Shown: positions 1-9,865, counted from the first letter of the stretch. The stretch is 64,000 nt of DNA from Cyanophyceae cyanobacterium (GCA_038321985.1 JBBQFN010000025.1:1-64000); one strand, 5' to 3'. Notes: generated by a model from the sequence alone, not told the origin. A program made the numbers and translations.

Positions 1-54
1 GAAATTTTGACAACTTTCGGTTACGTCTTTTAGCAGCTTTTTCATCATAGTCAT
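1..54 (-). CDS. Possible 5' start of a gene running off the left edge (MTMMKKLLKDVTESCQNF...)
   Basis: Three in-frame ATGs (54, 48, 45) and an open frame to the window edge; only 18 codons are visible. Confidence 0.25.
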   Translation of the reverse strand, partial: MTMMKKLLKDVTESCQNF

Positions 55-469
55 TATAAATTAGAGAGGTAGCCACTCAAAAACATTTAAACGCTCAGTA
101 ACTAATTAGAAAAACTTATCACCAAAAAGTCTGAAGAGCCGAATATTTTATCAATCTAGGGCTGTTAGAAAACTAGACTCACCCTTTGTTTTTACTTAAA
201 TTCATCCTATTTTATATAGAAAGAAAAAGGTACACCCCTATATACCCTATTCCTAATGATCCAGGGTTTGAATCCCAAGGGTGCAAAACCCCAGAATCCA
301 GACCCTCACTCAGGGAAAGAAGCGGGTAGGGTCCGTCAGAGTGATAGATTATTGAGGGCTGGGAGAATTCTTGTCCGAGACACCCTACGACTTGGGACGG
401 GGGATAACGACAACAAGTCGGGACGTTGCAGGGCAAAGAATGATTTAAATGGAAAATTTCACTTCCCTC

Positions 470-500
470 TTGACAAACCAGGGGGCAAGGGTTATATAAT
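470..500 (+). promoter_or_regulatory. Sigma70-type promoter upstream of tRNA-Gly
   Basis: TTGACA at 470-475 and TATAAT at 495-500 (19-nt spacer), or TATATA at 493-498 (17-nt spacer), about 65 nt before the tRNA. Confidence 0.6.
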
Positions 501-564
501 GGTCTTCTAGTTTAAAGTTACAAGTAAAGTGCCAAAGCGTAACAGATTGTAACAAAGACTTGAT

Positions 565-636
565 GCGGGCGTAATTCAGTGGTAGAATGTCAGCTTCCCA
601 AGCTGAACGTCGTGGGTTCGAGTCCCATCGCCCGCT
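565..636 (+). tRNA. tRNA-Gly, anticodon CCC
   Basis: Acceptor stem GCGGGCG/CGCCCGC, D arm with TGGTA, anticodon arm TCAGC-TTCCCAA-GCTGA, T arm with GGTTCGAGTCC; 72 nt, no encoded CCA. Confidence 0.96.
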
Positions 637-746
637 TTTTGTTAAACTCCATCATCTACCTGGCGGCTAAGGCTGCGAGTTGCTTTCCTGCCTTCCCCAG
701 TTTCACTACAATGAGAACTTGGCAGTTTAGTAACTCAGAAGAAACG

Positions 747-1568
747 ATGGGATATTCGATTGAGGTCTATGACCATAACTTTGACCAAGAAGTATTAGAA
801 AAGTCTTATGAAATCCCGGCGATCGTGGATTTTTATGCGGTTTGGTGTGGTCCTTGTCAGATGTTAAAGCCGATGTTGGAAAAGGTCGCCCAAGAATATG
901 ATTGTGTAGTAGCCAAGGTGAATATTGATGAAAATCAGTATTTAGCACAGGCGTTTCGGATTGAAGGAGTGCCGGATGTGAAAATCATCCGCAATGGTGA
1001 AGTTTTGGATGGGTTTGTAGGGGTGTTACCGGAACCTCAATTACGAGAATTTTTGACAAATTGTAATATTAAGTCTGGTTTGGATGAGGGTCTGAATACG
1101 ATTCGTCAGGAACTTTTAGAGGGGAATCGAACCCAAGCGGAAGCACTGTTTGCATCGCTTTTAACCCAATATCCAGAGAATAGACGGTTGCGCCTAGAAG
1201 CTGCAAAGTTCTATATCAGTGAGGATGAGTTGGAAAAAATTGAGGAACTTTTAGGGGTAATTCAATCGGATGAACCGGAATTTTTTGCAGAGGCGCAAGC
1301 GGTAAAGGCGTTACTCCAGTTTAAGATGGAATGCAATCATCCATCAGGAAAGGGTGAATTGGATCGGAAATTTTCTCAGGCGTCTTGTTTGACTGTGGCA
1401 GGCAACTATGAGGAGGCATTGCAGCTTTTCCTAGAAATTGTGGAAAGCGATCGCAGTTATAAAAAGGATGGGGCGAGAAAAGCGATTTTGTCTATCTTTG
1501 ACTTGTTGGGAAATGACCATCCTCTAACGAAAGTTTATCGGCGCAGTTTAATGACGGTTTTGTTTTGA
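747..1568 (+). CDS. Thioredoxin-TPR protein (YbbN/CnoX-like chaperedoxin)
   Basis: VDFYAVWCGPC thioredoxin motif followed by a helical TPR region. Start moved to ATG 747 because the 579 start overlaps the tRNA. Confidence 0.88.
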   Translation: MGYSIEVYDHNFDQEVLEKSYEIPAIVDFYAVWCGPCQMLKPMLEKVAQEYDCVVAKVNIDENQYLAQAFRIEGVPDVKIIRNGEVLDGFVGVLPEPQLREFLTNCNIKSGLDEGLNTIRQELLEGNRTQAEALFASLLTQYPENRRLRLEAAKFYISEDELEKIEELLGVIQSDEPEFFAEAQAVKALLQFKMECNHPSGKGELDRKFSQASCLTVAGNYEEALQLFLEIVESDRSYKKDGARKAILSIFDLLGNDHPLTKVYRRSLMTVLF

Positions 1569-1626
1569 ACAATACTGAAAAGAGGTGTATTTTGGATTAA
1601 GAATGCACCGATTTCTGAACGAATCG

Positions 1627-1653
1627 CACCCCGGATGCTCAACAATCCGGGGG
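1627..1653 (+). terminator. Hairpin after the thioredoxin gene
   Basis: CCCCGGAT...ATCCGGGG inverted repeat about 60 nt after the stop. Confidence 0.4.
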
Positions 1654-1875
1654 TTGTGTGGAAAATTGCCCTAAAAGTTTACAGGAACTCATACTGGGGA
1701 TCGGTGCGATCGCCGGTTTCCTGATGTCAGAATCGAGACGGTGTATAAATGAATTGCCAATTTACGGATTTTACCTCAATTCCAATTTTTTGACCTCTAC
1801 CCAACGGTAGATTTGAATTGAAAACTCATTGGCCTAGGAATTTAGGAAATGCCCGATCGCTAACAGGTGAGATTA

Positions 1876-2169
1876 ATGAAACTTTATTATCGTGGTGTCA
1901 GCTATGATTTAACTCCTCCGGTGGAAACACCACGGGGGGAAATTTCTGGAACTTATCGAGGTGGGCTATGGCAGTTCCGACAAGGGGAAGGTTTTGGAAA
2001 ACTCGGGGAGTGCAATCGCTGTCACTTTTATTCGGGTGATCCACACTTACTCTGTGCAGTACATCCCCGGGGTCCGAATGCGGAAGGTTGCCCGGATTTT
2101 AGGTTAAATCCCTCCGTAGCCCACTTTAATCAGCAAGATTTAAAAACTCATAAATTATCGGATTTTTAA
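1876..2169 (+). CDS. Small protein: DUF4278-like N-terminus fused to a Cys/His motif (DUF6464-like)
   Basis: MKLYYRGVSY...GTYRG is typical of DUF4278; the C-terminal half reads CNRCHFYSGDPHLLCAVHPRGP...CPDF. Confidence 0.7.
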   Translation: MKLYYRGVSYDLTPPVETPRGEISGTYRGGLWQFRQGEGFGKLGECNRCHFYSGDPHLLCAVHPRGPNAEGCPDFRLNPSVAHFNQQDLKTHKLSDF

Positions 2170-2398
2170 ACAGTTTTTAGTTGATATGGAGTTTAATCCA
2201 TTTTGATAATAATTTTAAGAAAAAGCAGCATTTGAGAAGTTTGTTTTCAGCCAGGAATGTCAGAGAATATTAATTACCCATCCTCTTATTTTCCAATGCC
2301 TCAAGGGTCGGTAAAAATTTTTTGCTGAAGAATTTCTCCCAAAACTTCTGCGTTTGCCCGGAGGGACAGGTTACTGACCTGCCCTTTTTACAGTTCCC

Positions 2399-3127
2399 TT
2401 AATAAATAGCTGTCTTAGGTTTATATTTAACCAAAAGGGAAACCAAACCTGCGCCGATAAATAACCCTACCCCATTAGCCCAATAGCCGAGGCTGGTTGG
2501 GTTGACCATTTTAAGGACCGTGAGTTGACCAATTCCATAAAATGCCTGTTGGATAAACCACCACATTAGATAAAAAACGGCGGGAACTTCAACGGGAATA
2601 AAGAGGATAATTAAGGGTAATAAGGTTTCGATTTTGGCTTTGGGAAAGTTAAGGAAATAAGCGCCGAGAATGGCAGAAATTGCACCATTAGCCCCGACTA
2701 AGGGGACGGCTAAGTTAGGGGCGATCGCCACCTGGGCGATCGCGGTGAGGATGCCACAGACTAGGTAAAACAGCAAAAACCGGCCATGTCCGAGAATTTC
2801 TTCGATGCGCTTGCCAAACACCCACAAAAACAGCAGATTGCCCAAAATTTGACTAAAACTGCTGTGGAGAAACATCCCGAACAGTAAGGGACCGCCAGAC
2901 ATGACAATCAGGGCAACCCAGGCGGCAGGACTAGGATTGCGGATAGCATCGGTGATAACTGAAGTTATGCGATCGCTGACGACTCCCCAGCTTTGCAAAA
3001 ATGCGCCGAGTTGGCCGGTTGCCTCTAGTTTGAGTTCCATTACAAACAGGGCAACGTTTAAACCAATAAGGCCGTAGGTTGCCAAGGGTGGATAACGATT
3101 GGGGAGATTATCATCAATAGGTATCAT
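2399..3127 (-). CDS. Rhomboid-family intramembrane protease-like protein
   Basis: MIPIDD start, MFLH...GNLLFLWVFG...E and GANGAISAILGAY. The catalytic GxSG reads GANG and the usual C-terminal His reads N (YWANGVG), so it may be inactive. Confidence 0.85.
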   Translation of the reverse strand: MIPIDDNLPNRYPPLATYGLIGLNVALFVMELKLEATGQLGAFLQSWGVVSDRITSVITDAIRNPSPAAWVALIVMSGGPLLFGMFLHSSFSQILGNLLFLWVFGKRIEEILGHGRFLLFYLVCGILTAIAQVAIAPNLAVPLVGANGAISAILGAYFLNFPKAKIETLLPLIILFIPVEVPAVFYLMWWFIQQAFYGIGQLTVLKMVNPTSLGYWANGVGLFIGAGLVSLLVKYKPKTAIY

Positions 3128-3866
3128 CGCTGGGTTTTATGATTATTCTCAATCTTGTTATTATGGACGCAAAAGGAGGGGGGCGATATCCAAGAGTGAG
3201 GCGTTATCTTTTTTGTTGCTGCTGCGATCGCCTGTGATTTCCCAGAATTTACTCCTTTTGGTAGATGTGATAATTGGCTGCTTGCTTTTCCCAGATCAGG
3301 CGATCGCAACGGAGCCCTTCAATTATTGGCCTCTTCACGGGACCTCTTCTCCCTATTTGATTTTCCCTGACTATCGTCCTGCTTTTAAACTCTGTAGAAA
3401 GAAAATATTTTATCACTCTATAGGCGACCAATTTCACTTCATCTTACCAAATCTTTAAGAGTTTAATTTATAGCTTCATCAAAATTTTACATAAATTTTC
3501 CTAAAATTTGGTAGAGGAGTAAAAAGCAGTAACTTAGGGTCGTCTGTTTATTTTAAGAAACAGTTCTTTACGCGGGAGTCAATCTTCTTCCTTACAAATC
3601 TAGGGGGAACTTGTGGGCGGCGATCCCCCGCAATCATTCGATAGATAGATACGGTTTTAAAGCATCCCGGCTTAGATAGAAAGGAATACATTACGGCGTC
3701 ACCAGGAATGAAATTTAGTTAACCCTTAAATGAAGTAACTTAAGCTCACTTAAATTCGGGGTAAACCTTTTTTCTAAATCTTACCCTCACTTAGTTAGCC
3801 ATTTTCATCTTAATTAAAAATTATTTTATTCAATTACCCCCAGTAAAAACGGAGGAGAAAATCAGC

Positions 3867-6800
3867 ATGGTATGGAGTATTAATTCATCAATCCGAGAAA
3901 TTTGGGCGGGACTATCTCAGGGAGATATTCTGCGATCGCTGGTGGGAAACAATACCCCAATCCGAGTAGAAATCCCGGATGCGATCGGCGGGGACTCGGG
4001 CAACGATTTAGTGTTGGGAGGTTCCCAGGATGACTTGTTGATTGGCGATGTCGGAGACGATAGCATTTATGGAAGCGGAGGAAATGACACGGTATATGGG
4101 GGAACGAGTCATCTCATCGTTGAAGATTGGGAAGGACAGGACCTTTTAGTGGGCGGTTCTGGAGATGACTTAATCTTTGGAAACCAAGGAGATGATACGC
4201 TTTATGGTAGTGAAGGAGACGATACCCTTTATGGGGGCAAAGATAGCGATCTCTTGTACGGGAATAGCGGAAATAATGTCCTGTTTGGTGACTTAGGAAG
4301 CGATACTCTATTTGGAGGTGAGGGAGAAAATCGCTTTCAAATCGGCAGGCGTTTTGATGTTCCCGGATTTCAAAGCACCGGAGGTCAAACCCTGGCTGAC
4401 GCAGACTGGATCATGGATTTTTCCCCCGGGAAAGACTTGATTGAATTGCAGGGGGGACTGACATTTGATGATTTAAATATTTTGGCCGGAACGGGTGAGA
4501 ATACAGGGGATACGATCCTTCAAGATAAAGTTACTCAAGAGTATTTAGCAATTGTCAAAAATATCCGTCCCGAGGCGATCGCGCGTAACTATTTTTGGCC
4601 TTCTTCTCAAGAACCGCCCGCCTCACCATTGCCAACCCAGAATCCGCAGGAAGATACCAATGAAGCTGTGGATCAAATCCCCTCTTCCGATTCTGTTGCC
4701 CCTGATGAACAAATAATTACTCCCGATGGTGAACAAATAATTACTCCTGATGAAGAAAAGCAATATCATGGGACGATCGCCTTTAATGGGATTCGATATA
4801 ACGTATTAGAAGATAAGACCCGGACACGAGAAATCACCTTGGTTCGCCAAGATGGTGATGATGGAAAAGTTAGTGTTACTGTTACCCTCATTAAAGGTAC
4901 AGAAATAGTTTTCCCAAATAATAATAACCCCGCTATTATTGTTACTTTTGCCCCTGGAGAAACTGAGAAAATTATCACGATTCCTATCGGAGAGGATGAC
5001 GCAGGGGAAACTAATACAACCTTCTCTATCGTATTAAGTGACCCAACTGGGGGCGCTGCGATCGCCCTAACCCATCCTATTGTCGTAACCCTCCCCACTC
5101 AGAATCAACCCGGCTCGATTATCTTCGGTGATGACAATGTAAACGGAACAGAAGAAGAAAATGAAGCAGCAGATTTAGAACCGGATACTTCCTCTGAAAT
5201 AGAAGAAGAACCGGCAGATTTGGAACCGGATACTTCCTCTGAAATAGAAAAAGAACCCGAAGAAATCGAAGATACTGAACCGGATACTTCCTCTGAAATA
5301 GAAGAAGAACCGGCAGATTTAGAACCGGATACTTCCTCTGAAATAGAAGAAGAACCGGCAGATTTGGAACCGGATACTTCCTCTGAAATAGAAGAAGAAC
5401 CCGAAGAACCGGCAGATTTGGAACCGGATACTTCCTCTGAAATAGAAGAAGAACCCGAAGAACCGGCAGATTTGGAACCGGATACTTCCTCTGAAATAGA
5501 AGAAGAACCCGAAGAAATCGAAGATACTGAACCGGATACTTCCTCTGAAATAGAAGAAGAACCCGAAGAAATCGAAGATACTGAACCGGATACTTCCTCT
5601 GAAATAGAAGAAGAACCCGAAGAAATCGAAGATACTGAACCGGATACTTCTTCTGAAATAGAAGAAGAACCCGAAGATACCGAACCCGATACTTCTTCTG
5701 AAGAGAATGAAATTCCCCCTATCGAAGAGGAAGATGGGGAGGATACCAATGGCGAAATTGAGGATGAACCTCTGGATGAAGACGGGGATAATAGTAGTGG
5801 CGATGAAAGTGAAATCAGCGCCCCTGCAAATTATGCCGACGCTGCCAGTGGGATTATTGCTGACCTTTCCAAAGGGATTGTCACCCGCTTATTTACTACT
5901 TCTGCGGATGTTCCGTTTAAGATTTTACCCTTGGGAGATTCCAATACTCGGGGATTTCCTAATCAGGCGAGTATCGGCGGATATCGAGCTCGTTTATGGG
6001 AGAAATTGGTGGGAGAAAATGGGTTTAATATCGACTTTGTAGGTCAGGCTAGCAGTGGTCCAACAAACATCGATATCAACCATGAAGGAAGGGGGGGATT
6101 TACCATCAATGAATTGATTAATAATAACGAAGAATTTTCAGGATATAATCAGCCCAACACTCCCCCCTATACCACCATAGAAAATGCTTTGAAGGATCAG
6201 CCTAATGCGATTTTATTGATGGCTGGCACGAATGATATTCTTCAGGGAGATGCTGCCGAAATCGCGATCGCAGACTTGGAAGTTCTAGTGGATCGGATTA
6301 CGGAAACATTGCCGGAAGCACAAGTGCTGGTTGCTTCCATTATTCCCCATATCTCTTCTAATTCAGATCGGCAACAGCGAACCAAAGAATTTAGTGAACA
6401 AGTTTATGAATTTGTTGTTGCACCCCGAGCCACTACAAACCCTAACATCCGGTTTGTGGATATGTTTAATACGCCGTTAGTCTCCAGTGACTATAGCAGC
6501 GATGGCATCCACTTAAATGCGAGTGGATATGATAAATTAGCGGATGAATGGTATTCGCAAATCCGGATGTTACCCAGTGGTGAAGAGACCCTTACTGATG
6601 TCCAAAATATCATCGGTTCCGCCTATGACGACACCCTGATTGGGAATGACAGATCGAACGAAATTCAAGGCGGGGGCGGGAATGACTGGCTGATTGGGGG
6701 TGCTGGTGAAGATACATTTATTTTAGCCCAAGGGGAAGGAACGGATACGATCGCTGATTTTGAAAGCGGTATCGATCGCCTCGGACTATCTGACGGATTA

Positions 6801-6941
6801 GAATTTGAGCAGCTTACCATTTCCACCGGCAGTGCTGCCAGTGACACTCATATTGCGATCGCCGATAGTGGGGAATCTTTGGCAACCCTGATGGGTATAG
6901 ATGCTAGCACCATTAGTGCAGATGATTTTATCCTGGTTTAG
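3867..6941 (+). CDS. Secreted RTX Ca-binding repeat protein with Calx-beta domain, acidic repeats and an SGNH/GDSL hydrolase domain
   Basis: GGxGxD nonapeptides at both ends; Calx-beta-like VTFAPGETEKIITIPI...F.IVLS.P; SGNH blocks LPLGDSNT, HEGRGG, AGTND and DGIH. Confidence 0.88.
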   Translation: MVWSINSSIREIWAGLSQGDILRSLVGNNTPIRVEIPDAIGGDSGNDLVLGGSQDDLLIGDVGDDSIYGSGGNDTVYGGTSHLIVEDWEGQDLLVGGSGDDLIFGNQGDDTLYGSEGDDTLYGGKDSDLLYGNSGNNVLFGDLGSDTLFGGEGENRFQIGRRFDVPGFQSTGGQTLADADWIMDFSPGKDLIELQGGLTFDDLNILAGTGENTGDTILQDKVTQEYLAIVKNIRPEAIARNYFWPSSQEPPASPLPTQNPQEDTNEAVDQIPSSDSVAPDEQIITPDGEQIITPDEEKQYHGTIAFNGIRYNVLEDKTRTREITLVRQDGDDGKVSVTVTLIKGTEIVFPNNNNPAIIVTFAPGETEKIITIPIGEDDAGETNTTFSIVLSDPTGGAAIALTHPIVVTLPTQNQPGSIIFGDDNVNGTEEENEAADLEPDTSSEIEEEPADLEPDTSSEIEKEPEEIEDTEPDTSSEIEEEPADLEPDTSSEIEEEPADLEPDTSSEIEEEPEEPADLEPDTSSEIEEEPEEPADLEPDTSSEIEEEPEEIEDTEPDTSSEIEEEPEEIEDTEPDTSSEIEEEPEEIEDTEPDTSSEIEEEPEDTEPDTSSEENEIPPIEEEDGEDTNGEIEDEPLDEDGDNSSGDESEISAPANYADAASGIIADLSKGIVTRLFTTSADVPFKILPLGDSNTRGFPNQASIGGYRARLWEKLVGENGFNIDFVGQASSGPTNIDINHEGRGGFTINELINNNEEFSGYNQPNTPPYTTIENALKDQPNAILLMAGTNDILQGDAAEIAIADLEVLVDRITETLPEAQVLVASIIPHISSNSDRQQRTKEFSEQVYEFVVAPRATTNPNIRFVDMFNTPLVSSDYSSDGIHLNASGYDKLADEWYSQIRMLPSGEETLTDVQNIIGSAYDDTLIGNDRSNEIQGGGGNDWLIGGAGEDTFILAQGEGTDTIADFESGIDRLGLSDGLEFEQLTISTGSAASDTHIAIADSGESLATLMGIDASTISADDFILV
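5167..5705 (+). repeat. Coding tandem repeat: 11 copies of EPDTSSE in 45/54-bp units
   Basis: Near-identical GAACCGGATACTTCCTCTGAAATAGAAGAAGAACC units in frame within the RTX gene. Confidence 0.95.
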
Positions 6942-6947
6942 TCCAAG

Positions 6948-6971
6948 CCTAGGGGGTTAACAGCCCCCTGG
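6948..6971 (+). terminator. Hairpin after the RTX-SGNH gene
   Basis: AGGGGGTT-AAC-AGCCCCCT stem-loop just after the stop; the T-tract is weak. Confidence 0.4.
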
Positions 6972-7140
6972 TTATCGCGATCGCCTGTTATTTGTAACCC
7001 CAGTAACTTCATCGGAAGTAGAGCTGTAAAATTAACATTTTACTCCAATTTAGCGGTTCAAACAACCCCTGAGAGCAGATGACGCTCTAAAATTTTTTAG
7101 GCAGACTAAACCTGGTGAACGAAAACATCGGGATAAAGCC

Positions 7141-8613
7141 TTGTTATTCAATTCTTACGAATTCATCTTTATCTTCTTACCGCTTGCTCTGATTGTTTTC
7201 TTCGGGTTAAGCGCTTACCGTCAGGTAAAGGCTGCTATACTGTGGCTCTTATTAGCCTCGTTGGTATTTTATGGATACTGGCGAATGAGTTATATTCCCC
7301 TGTTGCTGATTTCTGTCGTCGGTAACTATTACTTTGGGCGGTGGATAGACGGGGTGCAACCGGGAAGCAAACAGGCAAAAACTTTATTATGGGTAGGTGT
7401 TCTGTTTAATTTAGGGATTCTGGGTTATTACAAATATGCAGGTTTTTTGATTGCCTCCGTAAATGGATTATTTCAGACACAGTTGCCTGTTCCCGCAATC
7501 GAACTCCCGTTAGGAATTTCCTTTTACAGCTTCACTCAAATTGCCTATTTAGTTGATGCCTATCGGGGGCAAATCAAAAATTATCAATATGATTTGGTTT
7601 CCTATAGCCTGTTTGTCACCTTCTTTCCCCAACTGATTGCGGGGCCAATTTTACGTCATAACGAACTAATTCCGCAATTCACAAAACTCCGTAGTTTTGT
7701 ATTTTCTCATAAAAATATTGCGATCGGCTTAAGTTTTTTTATCCTAGGATTGGGTAAAAAAGTTTTAATTGCTGATACAATATCCCCTTGGGTAGCAACG
7801 GTTTTTGATCGTGCAGATTCGGTGACGTTCATCGAAGCCTGGGTGGGGGCACTCGCCTATACTTTACAACTTTATTTTGATTTTTCGGGCTATTCAGACA
7901 TGGCGATCGGATTGGGATGGATGTTTAATTTCCGCCTCCCCATCAATTTTGATTCTCCCTATAAATCCACCTCAATCGTGGATTTTTGGCGTCGGTGGCA
8001 CATTACCTTATCGTTCTTTCTGCGAGACTACCTCTACATTGCTCTTGGGGGGAGTCGTCGGGGAGAACTGCGCCGATATGCTAACCTGCTGATTACAATG
8101 CTGCTTGGTGGATTGTGGCATGGGGCGGGATGGACTTATATTCTGTGGGGATGGTTGCATGGCAGTTTCCTCGTCATCAATCATGGGTGGCGACGGTTCG
8201 GGGGTAAAATGCCAGGGGCGATCGCCTGGGGAGTTACCTTTATCGCCATAGTGTTGAGTTGGGTGGTATTTCGCGCCGAAAATTTAACTCAGGCGGGACA
8301 GATTATTCAAGCCGCAGTCGGCATGAAAGGAATTGTTTTAACTGCGGATTTTCAACCGATATTGGGGTGGTTACCCGAGGCGATCGTCCAGTTTCAGCAA
8401 GCAACGGAACTGCCTTCTTTGCCGCCTAACTACCGCCAAAGTTTTGTGATTTTAGGAGTTATTTTATTAGGAACAGTTTTGTTACCCAATACCCAGCAAA
8501 TAGTCGATCGCTTTAAACCGACAATGGCATGGGCTGTGGGACTCAGCGCCGTGGCGATCGCCTGTCTACTTTCCCTGAACCGAGTTTCTGAATTTCTCTA
8601 TTTCCAATTTTAA
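7141..8613 (+). CDS. MBOAT O-acyltransferase (AlgI/DltB family)
   Basis: MLFNS start, PLGISFYSF, FFPQLIAGPI, YFDFSGYSDMAIG, FWRRWHITLS, GLWHGA and C-terminal FLYFQF. Confidence 0.95.
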   Translation: MLFNSYEFIFIFLPLALIVFFGLSAYRQVKAAILWLLLASLVFYGYWRMSYIPLLLISVVGNYYFGRWIDGVQPGSKQAKTLLWVGVLFNLGILGYYKYAGFLIASVNGLFQTQLPVPAIELPLGISFYSFTQIAYLVDAYRGQIKNYQYDLVSYSLFVTFFPQLIAGPILRHNELIPQFTKLRSFVFSHKNIAIGLSFFILGLGKKVLIADTISPWVATVFDRADSVTFIEAWVGALAYTLQLYFDFSGYSDMAIGLGWMFNFRLPINFDSPYKSTSIVDFWRRWHITLSFFLRDYLYIALGGSRRGELRRYANLLITMLLGGLWHGAGWTYILWGWLHGSFLVINHGWRRFGGKMPGAIAWGVTFIAIVLSWVVFRAENLTQAGQIIQAAVGMKGIVLTADFQPILGWLPEAIVQFQQATELPSLPPNYRQSFVILGVILLGTVLLPNTQQIVDRFKPTMAWAVGLSAVAIACLLSLNRVSEFLYFQF

Positions 8614-8619
8614 TTCAGG

Positions 8620-9756
8620 GTGTCTTTCATGAAAAATTATCGTCGATTTAATTTGGCTTTTTTTGGCTTCACCCTACCGGGATTATTAGCCGTTGGCTTA
8701 TTTAATATTGGAATTGATCCATACGGGGTGATGAATAGCCCACAATGGCGGCTGAATCGCTTAAAAACTGAACAATTTAATCACGTTCGCCTGTTTAAAG
8801 CCAGTTCCGTCAATCGCATCGCACCTAAAACAATCTTATTAGGTTCCTCCCGCACCGATTTAGGACTTGATCCAAAACATCCTGCCTTAGCTGAGGGGAA
8901 ACCCGCCTACAATTTGGGTTTAGCAGGTCCGAATATGTATGAAGTCAAACGCTATTTTGACCATGCACTCGCCATTCAACCGGAGTTAAAAACTGTGGTT
9001 CTGGGTGTAGATTTTTTTATGTTCAATGAATATAAAACCCATCTTCCTGACTTTGAAGAAACGCGTTTAGAACGAAAAAACCTTACCCCCCAAGAATGGC
9101 TCAATGTTACGCTTTCTTTTGGGGTAACGCGCTCAAGTTTAAGTACAATTAAAAATAGCTGGAAATCCCAAGCGAATTTCTTGTATCATGATAATGGATT
9201 TCGCTATGTTCATAATAATGAACCTAAAAATCCCCTGCCCAAAGAATTTAAAAATATGATTTTGGGGTTTTTCCAAGAAGAAGGGTATTATCTGCGATAC
9301 AAATTATCCCCAGGGTTTTTAAATGACTTGCGAGAATTGGTCGAGATTTGTCAGAGTCGAAATATCGAGTTAAAGATATTTATTTCCCCCTCTCATGCGA
9401 CTCAATGGGAAGCATTGCGACTAGCGGGACATTGGGAGGATTTTGAACAGTGGAAACGGGAATTGGTAAAAATTGCCCCGGTTTGGGATTTCTCGGGATA
9501 TCATTCTATTTCTACCGAACCCATGGGCGATCGCATGACCTATTATTGGGACAGTTCCCATTATCGGCAAGAAGTGGGTAACATCATTCTCAATCGTCTA
9601 TTTGAGTATGATACCGCCTCCGTTCCTCCCGATTTTGGCCCCCTGCTGACACCAGAAACCGTAGAGGAACACTTAGCGGAGATCCGGCACGATCGCGAAT
9701 CTTGGGCGAAGGTAAATCCCGAGGCGATCGCCTTTGTGAAGGGGTTAAAACCGTAA
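8620..9756 (+). CDS. Membrane-anchored SGNH-like protein, MBOAT partner (AlgJ/DltD-like role)
   Basis: N-terminal TM ending in IDPYG, LLGSSR, YNLG and WDSSHY (DxxH); begins 6 nt after the MBOAT. Alternative start ATG 8629. Confidence 0.75.
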   Translation: MSFMKNYRRFNLAFFGFTLPGLLAVGLFNIGIDPYGVMNSPQWRLNRLKTEQFNHVRLFKASSVNRIAPKTILLGSSRTDLGLDPKHPALAEGKPAYNLGLAGPNMYEVKRYFDHALAIQPELKTVVLGVDFFMFNEYKTHLPDFEETRLERKNLTPQEWLNVTLSFGVTRSSLSTIKNSWKSQANFLYHDNGFRYVHNNEPKNPLPKEFKNMILGFFQEEGYYLRYKLSPGFLNDLRELVEICQSRNIELKIFISPSHATQWEALRLAGHWEDFEQWKRELVKIAPVWDFSGYHSISTEPMGDRMTYYWDSSHYRQEVGNIILNRLFEYDTASVPPDFGPLLTPETVEEHLAEIRHDRESWAKVNPEAIAFVKGLKP

Positions 9757-9865
9757 AGGCGATCGCGCGATTCGGGAACAGGTTCATTCGGCACTTTACG
9801 GTTTTTATAACACCAGGAAAGTACCGTTTTGAAATTCTATGTGAGTTACTCCCTCCTCCATCCGG

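Noticed and set aside
579..746. N-terminal extension of the 329-aa ORF
   Set aside because: Overlaps tRNA-Gly; thioredoxin similarity starts at ATG 747.
1820..1870. Possible glutamine (glnA-type) riboswitch before the DUF4278 gene
   Set aside because: A CATTGG-CCTAG hairpin is reminiscent, but the conserved GGAAGTA and closing GAAG.AACG elements are not visible; an Infernal search would be needed.
5167..5705. CRISPR array interpretation of the tandem repeat
   Set aside because: No unique spacers, units are in-frame multiples of 3 within a CDS, and no cas genes are present.
5105..5749. 214-aa Ser-rich minus-strand ORF
   Set aside because: Antisense shadow of the acidic repeat.
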